The position numbers and the translations under genes were made by a program. Below, one piece after another: positions 1 to 10,814 of a stretch of DNA of 64,000 nucleotides (within the stretch, counting starts at the first letter, position 1; each line of letters opens with the position of its first letter). The notes beneath the pieces are model-generated. The model was not told where the DNA came from, ran no database searches, and worked only from the letters and a program-made list of their open reading frames with translations. The DNA lies in the NCBI GenBank assembly GCA_965116115.1, contig OZ220486.1:2144808-2208807 (forward strand). The letters are read 5' to 3'. Origin of the DNA: Paracoccaceae bacterium. GTDB lineage: Bacteria; Pseudomonadota; Alphaproteobacteria; Rhodobacterales; Rhodobacteraceae.

Positions 1-443
<443 letters not shown>

Positions 444-595
444 CCGTTCACGCGATCAAGGCTGCGAAATGCCGAGGTTTCAGCGACGGCCGCGAGACAG
501 AGCTAAATTCCGGGCGACGGCCAGTGCGGATATTGCCGGGCAAGCCTATTAGGGCCTGTGGATAATCACTTTGCCGCGATCAGACCGGCGGTCAG

Positions 596-990
596 CTAGA
601 TCGCCGCCGCGAAGCTGGTATCGGTCTTTTCATACTGCGTCGCGATCGCACGGAACTTGATTTCCGCAAAGAAATTCTCGGTCCAGTGCCCCCAGCGGTA
701 CATATCGCGGTCGTAATTCCGAATCTGCCGCCGATTCTTCATTGGAAGAATCATCGCCTCTGCGCCGCGCTCTTCAAGCTCCTTGAGCAGCCAGCCGGCG
801 CGTCGAACGCCCGGTCAGCTGCCAAAGCCCCGAAAGACAGATCCTCGATAAGCCGCGACGTCCCGAAGAGATCATGCTTCTGACCGGGAAGAATCACGAA
901 CTTCACCGGATCTGACGTGCGCTGAGGATCAACGGCGGCATCTGTGGACAGTGAGGGCAGAGGCTGCGAGGCTCGCCGGTGAATCAACCG
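596..990 (-). pseudogene. IS5-family (IS427/IS1031-like) transposase remnant, frameshifted
   Basis: ORF 751..987 carries FVILPGQKHD...ALAADRAFDA. My reverse translation of 596..754 in another frame gives MILPMKNRRQIRNYDRDMYRWGHWTENFFAEIKFRAIATQYEKTDTSFAAAI*, a typical IS5-group C-terminus. No intact N-terminus or terminal repeats were seen. Confidence 0.6.
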
Positions 991-1435
991 CCTGCATCGC
1001 CGAACCAGACCTGGAGCGGGTTCTTGAGTGACTGCGCTGTCAGTTTCCCGTATTCAACCGGTGCCGCCGGCATCTACGGTAATCACCCCTCCCAAGGTAT
1101 CGCCGCGGGTTCGATGGGTTCATGCAATGAGGGTGAGCATTGCGCCCGCGTTGGCGGCCGCCTGGTCCGGAAGTCCGTCTAGCGACATCAGGAATCCGTA
1201 CAGCGCGAAAAGACAGAGATCGCCAAGTCAGAAAGCCCGCGGTCTGAAAAGTCAAATGAGAACCGCAATGCCTCCAGCCGCCACCGGGACTATGGCGGCA
1301 AGTCAGGTGAGATGCGGATTGATCTCCCACTTCCCGCAGTTAACCCAAATGATAGCCGCCGAACAGGCGGGGACAAAGGAAACAGCCGCTGTTCGGACGG
1401 GATCGGCGGGAAATCTTACACCCGGGTATACGCCG

Positions 1436-1864
1436 TCAGTCGAACGGTGAGGGCGGCTTGAAGGAATCAGGGACGGAAGGAAGGCTGAATTGATCCTCCT
1501 TGTTCTCCGGCGCGGGAGTGTTTTCAAGTTCGGAGATCAGAGTCTGAACCGTCAGGCGCATTTCGGGAAGGTCAAGAACGGCAGTGTCCCAGACAGTCTC
1601 AGGGTCGGTACGGTGATACTCATGGGCCGGATGGTTGCGGAGACCGACAGCCTGCCGCAGCCCGGGAATCCGCGCCGCTAGTTCGGGCGAGTCCTGACCA
1701 AGGCGCGTCAGTGCTTCGCCGATTATCAGGAACCGGCGCTCGACCGTATCCTGTTTTTCTGTGTCGGCAGCATAGGTTTCGAAATCAGTATTCGCGATGT
1801 AACCCTTGATCGCCGCCGCGGACTTTTCGACATCCCGCAGCGAGACCAAGGGTCTATGCGCCAT
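1436..1864 (-). CDS. hepT: HepT-type HEPN toxin (DUF86 family)
   Basis: The internal ATG at 1864 of ORF 1436..2296 gives 142 aa. The R-x4-H-x-Y HEPN motif is present as LRNHPAHEY. The start overlaps the stop of the upstream nucleotidyltransferase gene (ATGGCGCATAG). Confidence 0.8.
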   Translation of the reverse strand: MAHRPLVSLRDVEKSAAAIKGYIANTDFETYAADTEKQDTVERRFLIIGEALTRLGQDSPELAARIPGLRQAVGLRNHPAHEYHRTDPETVWDTAVLDLPEMRLTVQTLISELENTPAPENKEDQFSLPSVPDSFKPPSPFD

Positions 1865-2165
1865 AGACAGTTTTCCGCGAGCGATCGATGGCCGCCAGCA
1901 GATATTCGTTGTCGATCGTGCCCAATCGGACCAGATCGACTTCGCGGCCGAGCGCATCTGCCAGGTCATCTTGGAGCCCGAACAGGCGGCGGGCAATGCC
2001 GGGCAGAAGCGGCGGCAGGAACTCAACCAGGAAATCGGCGTCGCTGGTTTCCGGATCGAAATCCGTTCCCCGCGCCGCGGAACCGAACAGATCCAGCCGC
2101 CGTACGCCGTGGCGGCGGCAGATTTCCGCGATCTTGTCTTTTCTGTCAGCGATCTCGGTGCGCAC
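1854..2165 (-). CDS. mntA: MntA-type minimal nucleotidyltransferase antitoxin
   Basis: 103 aa with the pol-beta-fold NTase motif LFGSAARGTDFDPETSDADFLV. It lies immediately upstream of, and overlaps, hepT. Confidence 0.8.
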   Translation of the reverse strand: MRTEIADRKDKIAEICRRHGVRRLDLFGSAARGTDFDPETSDADFLVEFLPPLLPGIARRLFGLQDDLADALGREVDLVRLGTIDNEYLLAAIDRSRKTVYGA

Positions 2166-2345
2166 AGACGGTCTCCGATTGTACTATGGATTTCTGGCTT
2201 CAATGTAACGTCTGGCCGCGGTGACTTCCAGCCGGAAGACCGCCCGCTCACGGCAGAATGAGGCAGTTGCCGGAACTGTGCTCGTCCCGCCCGCAAAGCC
2301 GTTCAGTTCCGCGGTTTCAAGCCAGCGCAAAGCGTCGCCGAGGGT

Positions 2346-2560
2346 AGGGCTATCACTTTGAAATTCTCCGTTTTCCGGCAACAGTCCGGCGGAGCTGATT
2401 AGCTTCAGCCCGTAGCGTTGATACCATACGGCTTTCTTGAGTTTGCTGCGCATTGACTCAGCATGTTTGTTCTTCGTGAATCCCGGTTTGCAGTTGAGGC
2501 TATGCATTTCGGAGTTTAATCTGAACTTTTTTGCAGTGATTTTGTAAGTATCTATATTCA
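2346..2560 (-). mobile_element. ISAs1-family right-end remnant (terminal repeat plus last ~60 codons of the transposase)
   Basis: agggctatcactttg at 2346 matches the terminal repeat agggctatcgcttttg of the complete ISAs1 copy at 29216..30447. ORF 2184..2561 contains AESMRSKLKKAVWYQRYGLKLISSAGLLPENGEFQ, versus AESMRGKLKKAGWDHRYALKLISSAGMLPENWESQ in the complete copy. Confidence 0.65.
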
Positions 2561-2601
2561 TTCAATAATTTTAAGATTCGACGGCGTTTACCAGCCGGGT
2601 T

Positions 2602-4321
2602 TCAGCGTATTCGGGTTCCCAGGAGCCAGCATGCTTTTTCCTGCAGGGCTGTCGGCGCCGTGAACATGTCGAATTCCGCTGCGGTCTCCGAGGCCGGTTC
2701 AATGCGCATTTTCGAGAGGCCGGCGAGATGTTTCATAAGGCTGTGGAAGCTGAGAGCCGGCAGGCCGCCGGACGCGCGTTTTGATGACGCTTTGCGTTTT
2801 GCGCCGGGTGACGGCTCGGCCGCGGCTGCGGCGGATTCCCGCGCCGGCGGGTCTTCGTCATCGAACAGGATCGGTTTCAGGTCTTCCCGCATATGCTGTT
2901 CGACACAGCAGCGAGCATGCATGGCAGAACATGCGCCCGCACCCGGTCCGCCAGACGGCAGCAGACCGGACGAACCTTCAGATCGACGGTTTTCACAGCG
3001 CGGAACGCCCGTTCGACTTTTGTCAGACGCTTGTATGAGCGGACTGTTTCATCGGCGCTCATCACTGTTTCGGGCAGGCTGGTCCGCACGACATAGAAGC
3101 CGTCGAGCGCGGCTTCGGCGGCGATGTTTTTCCGGTTCCGGCGCTGAGTGAAACCGTCGTGACGGACCGTCACCATGAAATGCTTTCTCATCTTGTGCTT
3201 GTCCAAGGCCTTATCGACGCGGCGGGTGATCGCAACGGCGCCCTTGAGAGGGCGCGAAGCCCGTCCGGTCGCTGCTTCAATCAAGCGCAGGCGGGCTTCT
3301 GCCGCGTTCAGAAGCTCATCGCGGCGCCGGCGGCGCTCCTCCGCCGGCAAGGGGTTCCGGCAAACGACGAGACGCTCTCCGGGGAACAACTCCTCACAGG
3401 TGATTTCAGCCAGGTCCCGTTCGTCGAAGAGGGACGGCCGCAGGGTCCGGTTTTCCGCAAGCCTGCGCACAGCCGGAGCCCTCAGAGCGCTGATCCAGTC
3501 CAGCCCGGCCGGCTTGACATCCTCCCTGATCCGGGCTTCGGTCAGCATTCCCCGGTCGCCGATGACAACCGCCCGTTCAATGCCGAAACGGCAGCGTATC
3601 CGCCGGATGACGGTCGATGCTGTCGCCGGATCGGAAACATTGCCTTTGAACACCTCGACCGCGACGGGCCGCCCGTCCCGGTCGCAGAGCAGGGCGGACG
3701 CTGCTTGCATCTTGCCTTTTTTCTTATCCCGCGAGTGTCCGTACGCGGCTGGCCCGCACTTTGTTCCTTCCAGCTGAAATGACGTCAGATCCCAGAACAT
3801 GAGAGCTCCCTCGGCGATATGACGGCCCGCGAGGCGGGTTTCGATCCGCTCTCAGCGGGCTGGCAGCCAGTCCATCGCGGCATAAAGTTCAGCGGCATCG
3901 GTCTTGCCGAGGCCGAGCATGTCCCCGAGACTGCCGGCTCGGCTCTCGGGAGACAGAGCCTGAGCGGTAGCCAGCTCAGCTCTGGGATCGAGGATGCGGG
4001 CCGTGATCATGGCGGCGGCTGGATCGCGGTTGCGCGACCTGCGTGACGCGATAAGTTCCTCAATGCGCAGGTCCCTGAGTTTCCCGAGCGCCGCGGCGAC
4101 ATGGCCGTGCGGCTGCGAGGCTGTGACTTTGAAAGCCTTCGGAAGGCTTCGGGCGGATTTTCCTTTCACGCAGGCGCGGATCTCTTCGATCAGTCCGTCC
4201 GGCAGCTTGGAGAGGTCAGGAGAGTCCGCTTGCGGGATTTTTCAGCATTCTTAGACTGATAGGATTCGCGCAGCAGGATCGCGGGCGGCGAGTTTCGGTT
4301 CGGCACGGTCTCAATATACAT
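2602..4321 (-). pseudogene. IS1634-family (IS4 superfamily) transposase, split over at least 3 frames
   Basis: ORFs 2602..2922, 2877..3800 and 3852..4169 are consecutive pieces of one DDE transposase. Reverse translation from the ATG at 4321 gives MYIETVPNRNSPPAILLRESY, a typical IS1634-group N-terminus, then runs out of frame. Confidence 0.7.
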
Positions 4322-4525
4322 GAACAGCTATTTAGTGTTATAAAACATATTATCAATGTATGAAATGAAATTAAATCATTTTTACATGGACAGGTTTTGA
4401 GGCTTGCTGAACCGCTGAATGATCTCTATATTACTGAAAACACGCCGTTTTTTGAGTGCCGTCCGCCAAATTTCCAAAAAAGTTCAGTTTAATCGGAAAA
4501 CAGTATAGCTGCACGGATTCCGGAA

Positions 4526-7500
4526 TTAAGGAGCGGCAACATCAATTACGCAAATCTTGATCTTGCGTTGTTCGTCGACTGACAATGTAGCCGTCAAACG
4601 TTTCTCAAGTTCCTGCGAATCACGCGGCGAATATCCCGTCGCAGGTGGGGTTGGTCGGCAATCTTCAGTATTTCCGAACCAAAACACAAGATAGATGCCA
4701 TGCCCTTCAGTTCCAGGATCCCTGATGTAGCGGGGGATTAACTGTGATCTTATCGCACTCCAGAGGTGGCGATCACAGCTTTTCTTGATCTCGATGGGCA
4801 CATTGTATTGGCGATGGGAAACACGAATGTCCACGCGGCTGTCATCAGCGCAGCGGGCTTCTGCTTCTGCTTCGATTCCAAGCCGCAGCAGCTTGGTCCT
4901 CAGATCCGACAACAGAGCATCACGGCAAACATTTTCCGGACGAGTATTCAGTGGGGTTTTTTGCCCACGGATATTCCAATACTGCCGCCAGTCGGACATG
5001 TTGCCGTCGCGTATGTCGCGCGCGATTTGGCGCAGGTGCTCAAAAGTCAGCGCAGCCAAATCCGCCGCATTCGCCGGCTTACCGTTTTTAAGTGTATCAA
5101 GCACCTGAGAGGTATCGCTGTAGACAAATTCAGCCTCTCGGCGGAGCGCCCTTTGTTTGTAGGCGGCGTTTTTGAGAAGGGTGTGCCAAGGGCGCAGGTC
5201 GTCGTCGGAAGACAAGGATTCGAGAGCGCGGGAAGCATCTTCCGTCAAAATAGCTGAAAGTCGTTCAATGAAGACCTTGACTTGGTCCGCAGCAATTATT
5301 TCCGGTGTGGCGAATGAGGGTTCTTTGAATGAAAATGGTCTGCAGGAGAAACCGATGAGTCGGATCAACAGTCGGATCAACAACTGTAAAGCAGGCACAC
5401 TCTGATGGCACTGCAGATCGGGCGAGCGGCCGGATTGCCAGCTCACGGCCTCTGCCAAGAAACCAATGCGGCGTTCTGTGGCGGAGACATAGTCATTCAG
5501 CCGATCGACGTAAGTATCAGGCGCAATGCACAAGCCAGCGGCAAGCCAATGTATGCGTTGTGCTACGTTCATATTAGGAAGTGCCTGTTTTTCATCAATC
5601 AACTCAAGAAGCTGCTCGGCATCGCAATAACGCCTTGCTGCCAGGAAAAGGCGGCGCAGGCTCGACAACTGACTGGATCTGCAACGCTTGGGGAATCGCT
5701 TGAGGAGGGGTATGGCAGCGATCCGGGCAACATCCGCGTGGTCCTCAAATTTCAGTTTATAGAGGCCTGCGGGCGATTCAGTTCCGTTGCGGAGTTGAGA
5801 GAGAACGGATCGTGACAGAACGTCGGCGACCAGGTCAGGACGGCGGGACAGCAAACAATCGAACCAACGAGGCGGACGGTCTGCGGGAATTCGCCCGGCT
5901 AGCTGAATAGGCACGGTGTAATGAACTGCCAGAGCCAGCCGCAAGAACTTTTCATCGACATCCATTTCGTCGAACAGCGCCGTCTCGCTAATCTCTTCCA
6001 TACCCGCCATGAATGGCAGCGCAAGGAAGTGCGTTCGTTTTGAGGTTCCGAGTCGTATGATTTCCCTGTCCGAGGGAAGTTCTTTCCGTTCCATGGTTTT
6101 ACGGAAGCTGAATAAGACTGCCTCGACCAAGCTACTATCGCCGGCCAGGAGAGCATTCAGTCTTTCTCTTGGCGAACTGCCCTGAACGTCAATGTAACCG
6201 CCGAAATATACTACGGCAAGTTCGTGCAACAGCGCGGGATCAGCTCTGTTTCCGAACAGGTCATCCTCAAGCGGTTTCACTTCGTCATGCCAGTTCGGCT
6301 GCAAGGCCTCCAGCTGAGTTCGCCTGCCGTTCCCGGAAGCGTTCCCGTCGGGAGCGCGCACTTCAAATTCTGAGATTTTCCTGGTAAATATATGTTTGAG
6401 ACCAGCGTATCCAGCCAGACGCCTCAATACAACTTCGCGGGAAAGGTCGTTACTGGAGCGGCCGTAGCGGAGGTACTTCGCAGTTTTGCCTAAGAGCCAG
6501 TCGGCAGCGGCTGCGTTTTCAGCGACGATCGCTTGATCAAGGCACCAGAGACCGAAATCCGGCGGAGGTGCGGCACCGAAAAGCCTGCCCTTCTGTTCCT
6601 TGTACATGCAGCTTGTGAACCCGTACTGCTGGGCGCATTCGGGCTGGCCGATACACCTCTTGAGGCCCATGGCCAGCAGGGCCTTCCACGTGCTCGGGCG
6701 GTCTTCCAGCCACTCCCGAATAACTCGAAATTGTTGTCCGCCGTGCCTACGGAATTCCAAGCCGCCTGCGTATGCTGCCGATCCCAGCCGGTTGAATAAG
6801 AGGGTCAAGTCCGCCTCGGCCCCGGGCAACTCAAGAAATCCGATTAAGAGCTTTGAGGACAACGAGTCGATTAAAGAAGCGTTAAAGCTAAATCCGTGTG
6901 CGCTATCTTTTAAAGACAGTGAATCGCAGCGTTCAGCAAATTGGTCAAGAAGCACGACGAGTTGGTCTGTTGTCGACTTCTTAAAAAGTTGCTCGGTCCA
7001 AAAATATTTGTACAAATAATTCCCTGGTATTCGCCGGAAACGGAGATATCGCATGATCTCTGTCTCTGATATTATTGCTGGATAGAGAGTTGACAGCAGA
7101 CGGCAAAGCAGAGAGTCGTCGGGATCCGGCACTTCGCCCGTAAAGACGTCGTCAGTGAGCGCTTTGAGTTCAGCGGAAGCGCCAGCGTCGTTTTTCCTTT
7201 GCCGCAGGAACGCTTCTATGGCGCGATGCCTGATCCTCGGCCACCGGGTCTCATCGCGCAGCAACTTCATCAGCGGATCGGCGAGTCCCGGAACGGAAAC
7301 TCCGTATCGGAAAGCCTCGACTAAGATGGCGATGAAGGATTGCTGCGAGTCCTCTCGGGACGGCGCGGTCAGGATTTCACGGTAATGCTGTTCCATATCG
7401 GGGGAAATCAGATCGCCGAGCCGTGAATCCAGTTGAAGGGTTAAGATAAATTGTGGATTTGCGGCAGTTTCTCGCCGGAGGCCTTCAAGCAGCGCACGTT

Positions 7501-8662
7501 TTTCACTTTGTGAAAAGTCGCGGGCGTCTCCGTAAAGAACCGTTCCCAAAGGATCGCGCCTGATGACCTCCGCCCGGCTGGACTTGCTGTGAGCCGCCAG
7601 CCATGCTGACAGGCCCCGCAGCGCTGAAACTACTGCACTGTCATGCCATGTGATCAATGCGAGAATTCGCCCGACCGGCAGTCCTTCATCAATAAGACCA
7701 GCCAAATATCCGGCCGCGAGAAACTCCGCGGTCTGGCGATGAACGGGAACCGCCCGGCGCTGCGTCTGGGTCTCGAACAGTTTGCTCCGAAGACAACTGC
7801 GAAGCATCGTTTGATTTTGTCCCGGTATGTCATCAAGTTTAAGGAAGCGGTTGTCGCTGTCTTCCGCGGACAGCGTGTAACCGTCGGCCCCGGTCAGCAG
7901 AAGTATGGCGCAAAGTTTCCCGCTTGCATGCATCAAATCAGAAATACCGCTACTGTCGGGCTGCGCTATTCGATGATCATCATTGTGTTCCCGCAGCAGG
8001 GTGCGGCAAGCCATATTGAATGTTTGCTTCCTGGACACAGGCCAATCCCCTTGCGCTCCGACTGCGGCCGCAAGCATTTTCAGGCTTTGAGGATTGGCCA
8101 ACAGCCCTTGGACGTCCCGATCCTGGGCCGAGGAGATGAAATTCTCAGGATCATCGATTGCGGCGGCCGCAGTAAGAATTCTGTGAATATCTTGACCGGA
8201 CAGCGGCTCAAGGCGCAGAACCGTAACGGTTTCGTCGGGCGATACTGTCTTGAGATTAATGCTGTCGTTCGCGCCGAACCAGTCCGCTTCCCGACAGGAC
8301 AGGCGGAACCGCGGGCGCCCCATTCGGTCGAGTTTGGCGCGGATGCTGTCAAGAGGCGTACGTCCGTCGGCTTTTCCAGCCCGGCTCTCATCCAGTCCGT
8401 CGATAAAGAGGATTTTATCGTGCTGCTCAGGCTTTTCTTTGAAGGTCAGAAAATCGCGCACGGTTAAGAAAATGCCGCCTTGGCGTTCGGATTCATGTTT
8501 GAAAACAGTAGTCTTGCCGGAGCCCGGCGGGCCGAGCAGCACATAGGCCGCCTTATCTGCCCACTTTTCTACAGGTCTTGACAGAAATTCTGATCGGTCA
8601 GAAGGATCGCTCTGCGAAATCTGCGCAATTTCGCGGCACTTCCGTGGAACGAAATCATTCAT
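4526..8662 (-). CDS. Large STAND/NACHT-like P-loop NTPase with helical repeat region and C-terminal PD-(D/E)xK nuclease-like domain
   Basis: Walker A LLGPPGSGKTTVF and Walker B KILFIDGLDES lie near the N-terminus. About 1000 aa of helical sequence follow. The C-terminus has VDIRVS...NVPIEIKKS (D...E-x-K). The ATG at 8662 overlaps the upstream stop as ATGA, so 8662 is preferred over 8677. GC is about 50% against about 63% in the flanks (by eye). Confidence 0.75.
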   Translation of the reverse strand: MNDFVPRKCREIAQISQSDPSDRSEFLSRPVEKWADKAAYVLLGPPGSGKTTVFKHESERQGGIFLTVRDFLTFKEKPEQHDKILFIDGLDESRAGKADGRTPLDSIRAKLDRMGRPRFRLSCREADWFGANDSINLKTVSPDETVTVLRLEPLSGQDIHRILTAAAAIDDPENFISSAQDRDVQGLLANPQSLKMLAAAVGAQGDWPVSRKQTFNMACRTLLREHNDDHRIAQPDSSGISDLMHASGKLCAILLLTGADGYTLSAEDSDNRFLKLDDIPGQNQTMLRSCLRSKLFETQTQRRAVPVHRQTAEFLAAGYLAGLIDEGLPVGRILALITWHDSAVVSALRGLSAWLAAHSKSSRAEVIRRDPLGTVLYGDARDFSQSEKRALLEGLRRETAANPQFILTLQLDSRLGDLISPDMEQHYREILTAPSREDSQQSFIAILVEAFRYGVSVPGLADPLMKLLRDETRWPRIRHRAIEAFLRQRKNDAGASAELKALTDDVFTGEVPDPDDSLLCRLLSTLYPAIISETEIMRYLRFRRIPGNYLYKYFWTEQLFKKSTTDQLVVLLDQFAERCDSLSLKDSAHGFSFNASLIDSLSSKLLIGFLELPGAEADLTLLFNRLGSAAYAGGLEFRRHGGQQFRVIREWLEDRPSTWKALLAMGLKRCIGQPECAQQYGFTSCMYKEQKGRLFGAAPPPDFGLWCLDQAIVAENAAAADWLLGKTAKYLRYGRSSNDLSREVVLRRLAGYAGLKHIFTRKISEFEVRAPDGNASGNGRRTQLEALQPNWHDEVKPLEDDLFGNRADPALLHELAVVYFGGYIDVQGSSPRERLNALLAGDSSLVEAVLFSFRKTMERKELPSDREIIRLGTSKRTHFLALPFMAGMEEISETALFDEMDVDEKFLRLALAVHYTVPIQLAGRIPADRPPRWFDCLLSRRPDLVADVLSRSVLSQLRNGTESPAGLYKLKFEDHADVARIAAIPLLKRFPKRCRSSQLSSLRRLFLAARRYCDAEQLLELIDEKQALPNMNVAQRIHWLAAGLCIAPDTYVDRLNDYVSATERRIGFLAEAVSWQSGRSPDLQCHQSVPALQLLIRLLIRLIGFSCRPFSFKEPSFATPEIIAADQVKVFIERLSAILTEDASRALESLSSDDDLRPWHTLLKNAAYKQRALRREAEFVYSDTSQVLDTLKNGKPANAADLAALTFEHLRQIARDIRDGNMSDWRQYWNIRGQKTPLNTRPENVCRDALLSDLRTKLLRLGIEAEAEARCADDSRVDIRVSHRQYNVPIEIKKSCDRHLWSAIRSQLIPRYIRDPGTEGHGIYLVFWFGNTEDCRPTPPATGYSPRDSQELEKRLTATLSVDEQRKIKICVIDVAAP

Positions 8663-9924
8663 TGGTAATCGAACCATTCAGAAGCGGGCGTTGAAAGAAA
8701 CTCCGAAACCGGAACACCATCCTTCCCGACAACGACCGCCGCTAAGACTGGGAATCGCTCTGCGAATCGTTGAAGCCCGCTTGTCTTTGTCTTGTGCGCT
8801 CCGCTCTTCACCTCGAAGACAACCAGTTTTCGCCCGCGTGTCAGAACGAAGTCCACCTCGCAGTCGTTTTCGCGCCAATAGTGCAGGCTGTGTTCGGGCG
8901 CACCCGTGTTGAACAGGTGTGCGCCTGCGGCGCTTTCGACAAGGCGTCCCCAATAACTCCGGTCTGCTTTCGCTTCCTCGAACGTATATCCCGAGGCAAC
9001 CGACGTCAGCGCGGTGTTAAGAACGTTTAGCTTGGGACTGGAGGATCTCCGTCTATGAGACCCGGCGGCGTATTTGGTAAGACCGGCAATCAGACCCGCG
9101 TTCGACAGAAGGTCCAAATACCGCGCCAGGGTCGTCGTGTTGCCGGCGTCCTGAAGCTGACCGAGCATCTTGTTGTATGAAAATATCTGCCCGGAATATT
9201 CGGCGCCGAGCTGGAACAGCCGCTTCAGGAGCGCGGGTTTGTCCACCCGCTGCATCGCAAGTATGTCGCGCTCGATATTGGGTTCGACCAGTGCCTCGGC
9301 GATGTACGCGCGCCATCGACTTTGTTCTGCAACGAGAGGAGCCGCTCCCGGATAGCCTCCGAAATAGACGTAACGCTGGAGATCAAAGCCGAATGCCGCC
9401 GACATTTCGGCGAAGGACCAGTGCATGAGACGGACGGTCTCATACCTGCCGGCAAGACTTTCGCTCATTCCTTTCTGCACAAGCAAAGGAGCAGACCCCA
9501 ATAGAATGACATGGATAGGGCGGTCATGCCGACGGTCTGCGTCCCATAGACCTTTGACGGTCTCAGACCAGTTCGGAATTTTCTGAATCTCGTCAATCGC
9601 CAACACATAGCCCTGGCCGGACCGCCTGGAGACCATCCGCGCCTGTTCCCAAATTCGAACCAGCCATCGTGTGTCTCGCGGGACGTTTGGCCGGCCCGCG
9701 GATTCAGCAGTCAAACCGCCTAAGTCCGGGAACCGGGGAAGCACGGCGGGATCAGGTTCGTCGACGGACACATATTCAAATGGCCGTTTCAACTGCCCGA
9801 GCGCCTGCTGAACCAGCGTGGTCTTGCCGGTTTGGCGCGGACCGGTCACGATAATGAGCCGTTGAGGTTTCTCACTCAAGCGGTTGAGTAAAGTGGAAAT
9901 CTGGGTTCGTTCATAAGTTCGCAT
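8659..9924 (-). CDS. AAA ATPase of the AAA_14/DUF4143 (COG1373-like) architecture
   Basis: 421 aa. Walker A VTGPRQTGKTTL and Walker B-like VLAIDEIQKIP are present. The C-terminus has CEVDFVL...LVVFEVKSG, a PD-(D/E)xK-like motif typical of DUF4143 proteins. The gene is translationally coupled to the STAND gene. Confidence 0.75.
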   Translation of the reverse strand: MRTYERTQISTLLNRLSEKPQRLIIVTGPRQTGKTTLVQQALGQLKRPFEYVSVDEPDPAVLPRFPDLGGLTAESAGRPNVPRDTRWLVRIWEQARMVSRRSGQGYVLAIDEIQKIPNWSETVKGLWDADRRHDRPIHVILLGSAPLLVQKGMSESLAGRYETVRLMHWSFAEMSAAFGFDLQRYVYFGGYPGAAPLVAEQSRWRAYIAEALVEPNIERDILAMQRVDKPALLKRLFQLGAEYSGQIFSYNKMLGQLQDAGNTTTLARYLDLLSNAGLIAGLTKYAAGSHRRRSSSPKLNVLNTALTSVASGYTFEEAKADRSYWGRLVESAAGAHLFNTGAPEHSLHYWRENDCEVDFVLTRGRKLVVFEVKSGAHKTKTSGLQRFAERFPVLAAVVVGKDGVPVSEFLSTPASEWFDYQ

Positions 9925-9939
9925 ATGAGATTTCTATTA

Positions 9940-9957
9940 TATTGAGTAAAATTACTC
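9940..9957. promoter_or_regulatory. 18-bp perfect palindrome (ttgagtaaaattactcaa) in the leader of the AAA/STAND operon
   Basis: The palindrome sits 16-33 nt upstream of the ATG at 9924, inside an AT-rich stretch. It looks like an operator. No cognate regulator was identified. Confidence 0.4.
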
Positions 9958-10814
9958 AAGAACAATTCAATATTGGCAGGATCCGAAAATCCCAACGGCG
10001 GCAGGGATAGAACCCGTTCATGGTTCAGTGCTCGCATGGCTCTTGAAAACGGCCACATCACGACCCTTGGAGTCGGCCGCCCTGCGGGTTCGATCGCCAG
10101 CGCACGGATAACGTCGGCCGGAGGCGCAGAGATGAACAAATTCTGAAATTTGCTAAGCATCCGGCAAGTGTTTCCGAAAACGGGATCATTTGCTGCCCGC
10201 GGTCATTGAAACATTCATCGGAGGTGCGGAATGCCGGACCGTCGTTTCCTCATGAATCGACTGGTTTGAAATTAAGATCAACTGGCTCTTCCCGAAGCGC
10301 GTCAAGAACGGGCTGTCTCCGCTTGCGGGCGGTCTTGATCTGTGTCCGCGGCACCGCACAGATCCTGGCGCTTCGCTCGCTCCGGCAGCGGCCGGATGCT
10401 CTTTGGCGTGCTTTCGGCATCTGCTGGCCCTGCCGCCGAATGGTGGGGTCAGCTCACCGACACCGAACGCGACGAATGGCGCGACAAGGTGGGCCGGTTC
10501 ATGGTCGGGAAAAATGGCGAAGAAGTGCGGATTCGCGGGAAACGAACCGAGCGCAGGGATAGTGACATTGCCAAAGATGCCTATGATCACACGGTCACCC
10601 ACGTTCACTGACCGGTCAGTGACCGTGGATACCCCGGAAACGCTGGCGAAACTGGCAGCAGAAGCTCGTGCGGACGCGGCGGAACGGGCGCGGGATCAGG
10701 CTGAGACCGACCGGGATCATCGGCGTGACATGGCTGAAAAACCGGCAGAGCGTCGCCGAAGCCGGTGGCCGTGGCAATGCTTGCATTTTTTGCAAGCATG
10801 TCTTATCTGACCTC

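Noticed and set aside
1436-2296. 286-aa ORF treated as one gene
   Set aside because: Its N-terminal 144 residues are Arg/Ser-rich noise overlapping mntA in another frame. The internal ATG at 1864 yields a clean 142-aa HepT with start/stop overlap to mntA.
9925-10814. Mirror ORFs 10186..10608 (-), 10342..10611 (+), 10403..10810 (+) and 9876..10160 (-)
   Set aside because: No motif was recognised. My rough third-position GC count over 10440-10610 was about equal for the two opposing frames (about 65-67%), so I cannot tell which strand, if any, codes. Left unannotated.
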